Shown here in pieces: positions 60,174-64,000 of a DNA stretch of 64,000 nt. This stretch comes from Candidatus Hadarchaeota archaeon (GTDB lineage Archaea; Hadarchaeota; Hadarchaeia; Hadarchaeales; JAGGTB01). Location of the stretch: positions 1 through 64,000 of the forward strand of contig CAYLJV010000004.1 of assembly GCA_964384105.1 (NCBI GenBank), in the 5' to 3' direction. Both the position numbers and the translations under genes were made by a program. Positions within the stretch are counted from its first letter, which is position 1. Each line of letters opens with the position of its first letter. The notes under the pieces were generated by a model. It made no database searches. It was not told where the DNA came from and saw nothing but the letters and a program-made list of their open reading frames with translations.

Positions 60174-60683
60174 TTGATAAGGGGAAAATATTTGAATAAA
60201 GGACAGTTTAGTATAGAATTTATATTTGTTTTGGCAGCTTTACTTGCGGTCCTAGTTAGTGTATCGATTCCACTTTATAGGAGTTCTAGAGAATCCACAG
60301 AGGAAATTACGGATACTTTGGAGGCTCGAAAAGCGTTAAATAGTATCTCACAGGGTCTCAACTCCACGTATTCTGGATTTTCTGGAAATAAGAAAAAGGC
60401 CGTTTACTGGTTGCCGAAAAACGTCGATAATATCTATGGAAACGCTGTCGATAACCATTTTGTTGTGAAACTAGCTCTAGATAGTGGAGATAACACTGTT
60501 ACCTTGTCGTCCGATACGATTTTACCTGGTTACTGGGAGAATAGAATTGATTTAGAGAATATTACGATTGAATCCGATAATCGAGTTCTTCATGAAACTG
60601 TTTTTGAGCTAACTGAAAATAATGAAAGCCCGGGTATTGACCATATGATAAATATTTATGATAGTATATTGGAGAGGGAATGA
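60174..60683 (+). CDS. Type IV pilin-like protein (class III signal peptide)
   Basis: KG/QFSIEF followed by a hydrophobic helix. Confidence 0.85.
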   Translation: MIRGKYLNKGQFSIEFIFVLAALLAVLVSVSIPLYRSSRESTEEITDTLEARKALNSISQGLNSTYSGFSGNKKKAVYWLPKNVDNIYGNAVDNHFVVKLALDSGDNTVTLSSDTILPGYWENRIDLENITIESDNRVLHETVFELTENNESPGIDHMINIYDSILERE

Positions 60684-61155
60684 ATTGAAAGGACAATCCT
60701 CAGTAGAATTCTTGCTTGTTGTCGCGGTTATACTATTGGTCTTAACCACTTTTACTGTAACCCAGATGTTCAATCCGAGTCAAAACGCTACTCAGGAAGT
60801 AACCTCTGCTAGTTTGGCCAACTCTGTGGCTGACCGGATTGCGAATGCTATCAATGGGGTTAGTTCAGGAGGGGAGGGTACGGTCGATTCTGTGGGAGTT
60901 TCCCTAACAGATAAGTGGTCTTTGCGAGTCGAAAGGGATAACCAGGTGTTGAAGATCGGAGTTAAAACGGGAAAGTCAGTTACTTGGTTGGAGAGTGAGT
61001 TGATTTATGCATTTAACGCGGAATTAGTCGATATACCTTCTGGAGAGTACATAGTGATTGTTGAAAAAGGAGGAGATGAAGGGATATCCAGGTCGAATAA
61101 TCGAATATTCATAAACGTTAATCCATCCTCCGGTGGAGGAAGGTGGAAATATTGA
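60658..61155 (+). CDS. Type IV pilin-like protein (class III signal peptide)
   Basis: KG/QSSVEF followed by a hydrophobic helix; start probably the TTG at 60685. Confidence 0.85.
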   Translation: MIVYWRGNELKGQSSVEFLLVVAVILLVLTTFTVTQMFNPSQNATQEVTSASLANSVADRIANAINGVSSGGEGTVDSVGVSLTDKWSLRVERDNQVLKIGVKTGKSVTWLESELIYAFNAELVDIPSGEYIVIVEKGGDEGISRSNNRIFINVNPSSGGGRWKY

Positions 61156-61240
61156 CAATAATTATCATGACGGGTCTGTTAATCTGCTTGAACCGTATTT
61201 GTAATCTGTTATCAATTCAGTTATGCTGGGTGGATATTTT

Positions 61241-61645
61241 ATGAAGGGTCAAGCCAGCTTGGAAATGCTTTTAATTTTAGCGGCGATTCTATCGGCTTTA
61301 TCGGGATTCATATATTATGCTCAAGGGTCCAATGAATCAATAAATGCTTATTCTGCAGTACAAACTGGTGTTGAGAACTCAGTAACCAAGCTAGAATTGA
61401 AACATAAAATTTCAGTGAATTATGATATTGATCAAGACGGAGATGACTTTACTATCAGCCTAAAGTACTGGGGAGGCAATCTATCAAATTCCTCGATAGA
61501 AAACCTTGTCTATAATGAGGCAGTAAGTTTTGTTTATAAAGCATTTAGAGACAAGTATCCTGACAGTATCCCTGAATCGGTATCTACCGATCGCCACGAG
61601 TTTAGGATATTTGTCAATGCTAGTGTGGTGACGAAGAATGAATGA
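61241..61645 (+). CDS. Type IV pilin-like protein (class III signal peptide)
   Basis: KG/QASLEM followed by a hydrophobic helix. Confidence 0.85.
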   Translation: MKGQASLEMLLILAAILSALSGFIYYAQGSNESINAYSAVQTGVENSVTKLELKHKISVNYDIDQDGDDFTISLKYWGGNLSNSSIENLVYNEAVSFVYKAFRDKYPDSIPESVSTDRHEFRIFVNASVVTKNE

Positions 61646-62603
61646 CCGAGGTCAGATTTTTACCTTCGATATGCTTTTGGCAATGATCCTTTTAATGTTA
61701 GTAACTATATCTTCAGGATATGCATTGAATATGGTTAACGACCAGTCCTCAGAATACGTTTCTAGGTATTCTTTGGATAGAGAAGCTCAGGATATAGCTA
61801 ATGCGTTGATTAGGTCTCCGGGTATGCCGAGTTACTGGGAAGAAAATGATGTGGATATGTTAGTTCCAGGTTTTGCTAAGTTAGATCAGTACGACCAGCC
61901 TATTTCTCATTATTTGGATATAATCAAACTATCACAATTTGCATCCAAAATTGGTTACGAACCAATAGATGAAAATATAAAAAAGTTTTTCGGTGGCACA
62001 ACTAATTTTGAAATAGAGATTAGTAGAAATGAAAATGCTCATTTACGAATATGGCCAGGATGGAAAAATAGTTCTAAATCAGGTGTGGAGAACGCTCTTG
62101 AGGTGGTGACTGTTGAACGAATTGTTTATGGAACGGGTGCAGAAGTTCGTGCTGAAACTCCGCCTTTAATAAGGGCAACGGGAAGAGATGTTGAAAACCT
62201 TTGGTTTAGAATTAATGCTGGAGAGCTAGATGCTTTTAATTGGTATATATATGCTGAGAATTTAGTGCCCTTTGAGATGAATTATAATATAGATGTCTAT
62301 GTCAATCACACACAACTGGGAGGAGGGCATGTGAACTACAATTTTCATAAGAATCAAATTCCCATCCCAGGTCAAGCTCCTAAACCGCCTGCCACTGGTG
62401 GGATAGAAAATGACACTGATATATCAACCACTAATCAGCTGAAAGTTGGTATGAATTTTATACATATAAAAATGACAGCAGTTCCGGGAGTCAATACAGT
62501 AAAATTCTATATAATTGCTATTCCTGAGGGTTCCCCGGAATATGAAATAGTTCCTTCTACGGAAAGAATTTCGATGCAGCTTAAATTGAAAATGTGGAGG
62601 TAA
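61638..62603 (+). CDS. Minor pilin-like protein
   Basis: RG/QIFTFD, SPG.P..W, C-terminal LKLKMW. Confidence 0.8.
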   Translation: MNDRGQIFTFDMLLAMILLMLVTISSGYALNMVNDQSSEYVSRYSLDREAQDIANALIRSPGMPSYWEENDVDMLVPGFAKLDQYDQPISHYLDIIKLSQFASKIGYEPIDENIKKFFGGTTNFEIEISRNENAHLRIWPGWKNSSKSGVENALEVVTVERIVYGTGAEVRAETPPLIRATGRDVENLWFRINAGELDAFNWYIYAENLVPFEMNYNIDVYVNHTQLGGGHVNYNFHKNQIPIPGQAPKPPATGGIENDTDISTTNQLKVGMNFIHIKMTAVPGVNTVKFYIIAIPEGSPEYEIVPSTERISMQLKLKMWR

Positions 62604-62607
62604 AAAA

Positions 62608-63759
62608 ATGTCGGTAAAAAATGATGAAAGAGGATTTATATTCACTTTGGATGCCACTTTGGCCGTTTTAGTGTCTTTGATAGCGATAGTGGGTGTAGCA
62701 CAGATTGGAAGTCCATATACAGTATATAGTCAACACAGTCAGCTTCAGATTGAAAGGTATGGAAACGATGCTTCACAAGTAATCCAGTTATCGGGTGGCA
62801 TGGGCCGTGTTATGGAACTAGTCGAAAACAAAGAGTTTGAAGAGGCCAAAGCTCTAGCGAGAGAGGAACTCCGGAAGGTGCTACCCTCTGAATTGCAGTT
62901 TAAATTAGTTGTTGGGGATAATCTATTGGCAGTTTATCCTAATGATAATAGTGGATGGGAAAATAGATTTTCTAATGTGAATGACCTTTACGTGTCAGCT
63001 CCGATATATGTGACCCCTCCACTAAAAGAACTTCGTTTACTCGCCTGGTTGGATGACTCAAAGGATCAAGAGCTTTTGAATAGTATTTTGAGTGGAATGG
63101 AGTGGGAAGTTACGTATACGGATAATGAGGCTCGTTTCCAAGAGGAGATACAACGGGATAATCTGGGCTATTACCATACGGTATTCATACCCGATGCAGA
63201 TCTCACGTTTGTTCAGGAGACAATCGATAATCTTGTTCAGTTTTCTTCTTATGGAAGATTAGTAGTTGGTGGTGACACATTGTGGAATAACTTAGAAGCA
63301 GATGATTCTTTACCCGATGAACTAGCGGGTGTTTTTGGAATAGATGATGAGTACATACTTAGATACGCACATGCTGATGAGGGTATGATGTATATTTGGG
63401 ACTCAACTCATCCCATAACGGAAGTGTTTATAAGAGGACACCCAGTGGATTATCCTGATGAAGAAAACCTTTACGAGTACTCTCTTCAAGGTGGTACAGC
63501 ACTTTCCCATTGGTATCATCAACAGACCGATTCTTACTTGGGTGAGCCTGCTATAATATTCAATGACGAGGATGAGTTCAATCCGGGCACGGGGGTACTC
63601 TTTAATATGCGTTTAGCTCAAGCTGCGTCTTCGGATGAAATTAGTTCACAGGATAGAAGCGATTGGATCACTTTGGCAAAAAGGTCTGTTTACTGGATCA
63701 GTCCCTTTTGGATATTTAGAAGGGTAACACTTTACGTATGGAGAGGAGAGGGTGTTTGA
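62608..63759 (+). CDS. Minor pilin/adhesin-like protein with an inserted GATase-like domain
   Basis: RG/FIFTLDA, HPIT motif, C-terminal VTLYVW. Confidence 0.75.
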   Translation: MSVKNDERGFIFTLDATLAVLVSLIAIVGVAQIGSPYTVYSQHSQLQIERYGNDASQVIQLSGGMGRVMELVENKEFEEAKALAREELRKVLPSELQFKLVVGDNLLAVYPNDNSGWENRFSNVNDLYVSAPIYVTPPLKELRLLAWLDDSKDQELLNSILSGMEWEVTYTDNEARFQEEIQRDNLGYYHTVFIPDADLTFVQETIDNLVQFSSYGRLVVGGDTLWNNLEADDSLPDELAGVFGIDDEYILRYAHADEGMMYIWDSTHPITEVFIRGHPVDYPDEENLYEYSLQGGTALSHWYHQQTDSYLGEPAIIFNDEDEFNPGTGVLFNMRLAQAASSDEISSQDRSDWITLAKRSVYWISPFWIFRRVTLYVWRGEGV

Positions 63760-64000
63760 TGATACAGGAGGATCAACGCGGATTTGTCCTTAGCGGAGTT
63801 ACACTTTTGCTCATATTACCGGCCTTGCTCTTATCTGTCTCTTTTTTGAATGTAGTAGAGACTGGTGAAGAAGCAGTGGCTGTTAGGAGCGTATCGGACA
63901 AAGTTGTGACTACTGCTTGGAATATTGAAAGAATGGTTAGTTATATGGATACGATTGGAATTACTCTTGATAATTCCACTCTCAGAAAGCTTGCCGAAAA
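63759..64000 (+). CDS. Pilin-like protein, truncated by the window end
   Basis: MIQEDQRG/FVLSGVTLLLILP... Confidence 0.75.
   Translation, partial: MIQEDQRGFVLSGVTLLLILPALLLSVSFLNVVETGEEAVAVRSVSDKVVTTAWNIERMVSYMDTIGITLDNSTLRKLAE

Noticed and set aside
1-64000. Genome-wide stop-codon reassignment (TAG or TGA)
   Set aside because: Conserved genes end at expected lengths with TAG, TGA and TAA; no internal stops in intact core genes
1-64000. CRISPR array or intact IS element
   Set aside because: No regularly spaced direct repeats, transposase ORF or terminal inverted repeats were seen

Overview
Archaeal chromosomal window. The gene set (aEF-1beta, Hjc, RFC large subunit, TIP49, Alba, archaeal PpcA, class III signal peptide pilins, GGAGG/GGTGA ribosome-binding sites, moderately acidic proteins) is consistent with a Euryarchaeota-related lineage such as MSBL1/Hadarchaeota; this taxonomy is inference only. 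Core content: a his operon without hisH, a Mo/W-cofactor operon (moaC-moaB-moeA-moeA-mobB-moaA), a CopB-type ATPase, a UPF0182 protein, Rqc2, the start of a type IV pilus locus and five tRNAs. Most notable features: (1) an unannotated GC-rich, three-domain structured RNA of about 190 nt at 51.0-51.2 kb, with its own TATA-like box and a possible kissing-loop; (2) a reductive-dehalogenase-like gene without a TAT signal or rdhB and with an extra C-terminal Cys motif; (3) a tRNA-Leu(TAA) with two BHB introns (30/31 and 37/38); (4) two further small-RNA candidates, one antisense to the 23S P-loop and one upstream of the his operon; (5) several micro-proteins missed by the ORF track, plus decayed mobile-element remnants. 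All calls are by eye from motifs; no database searches were run.
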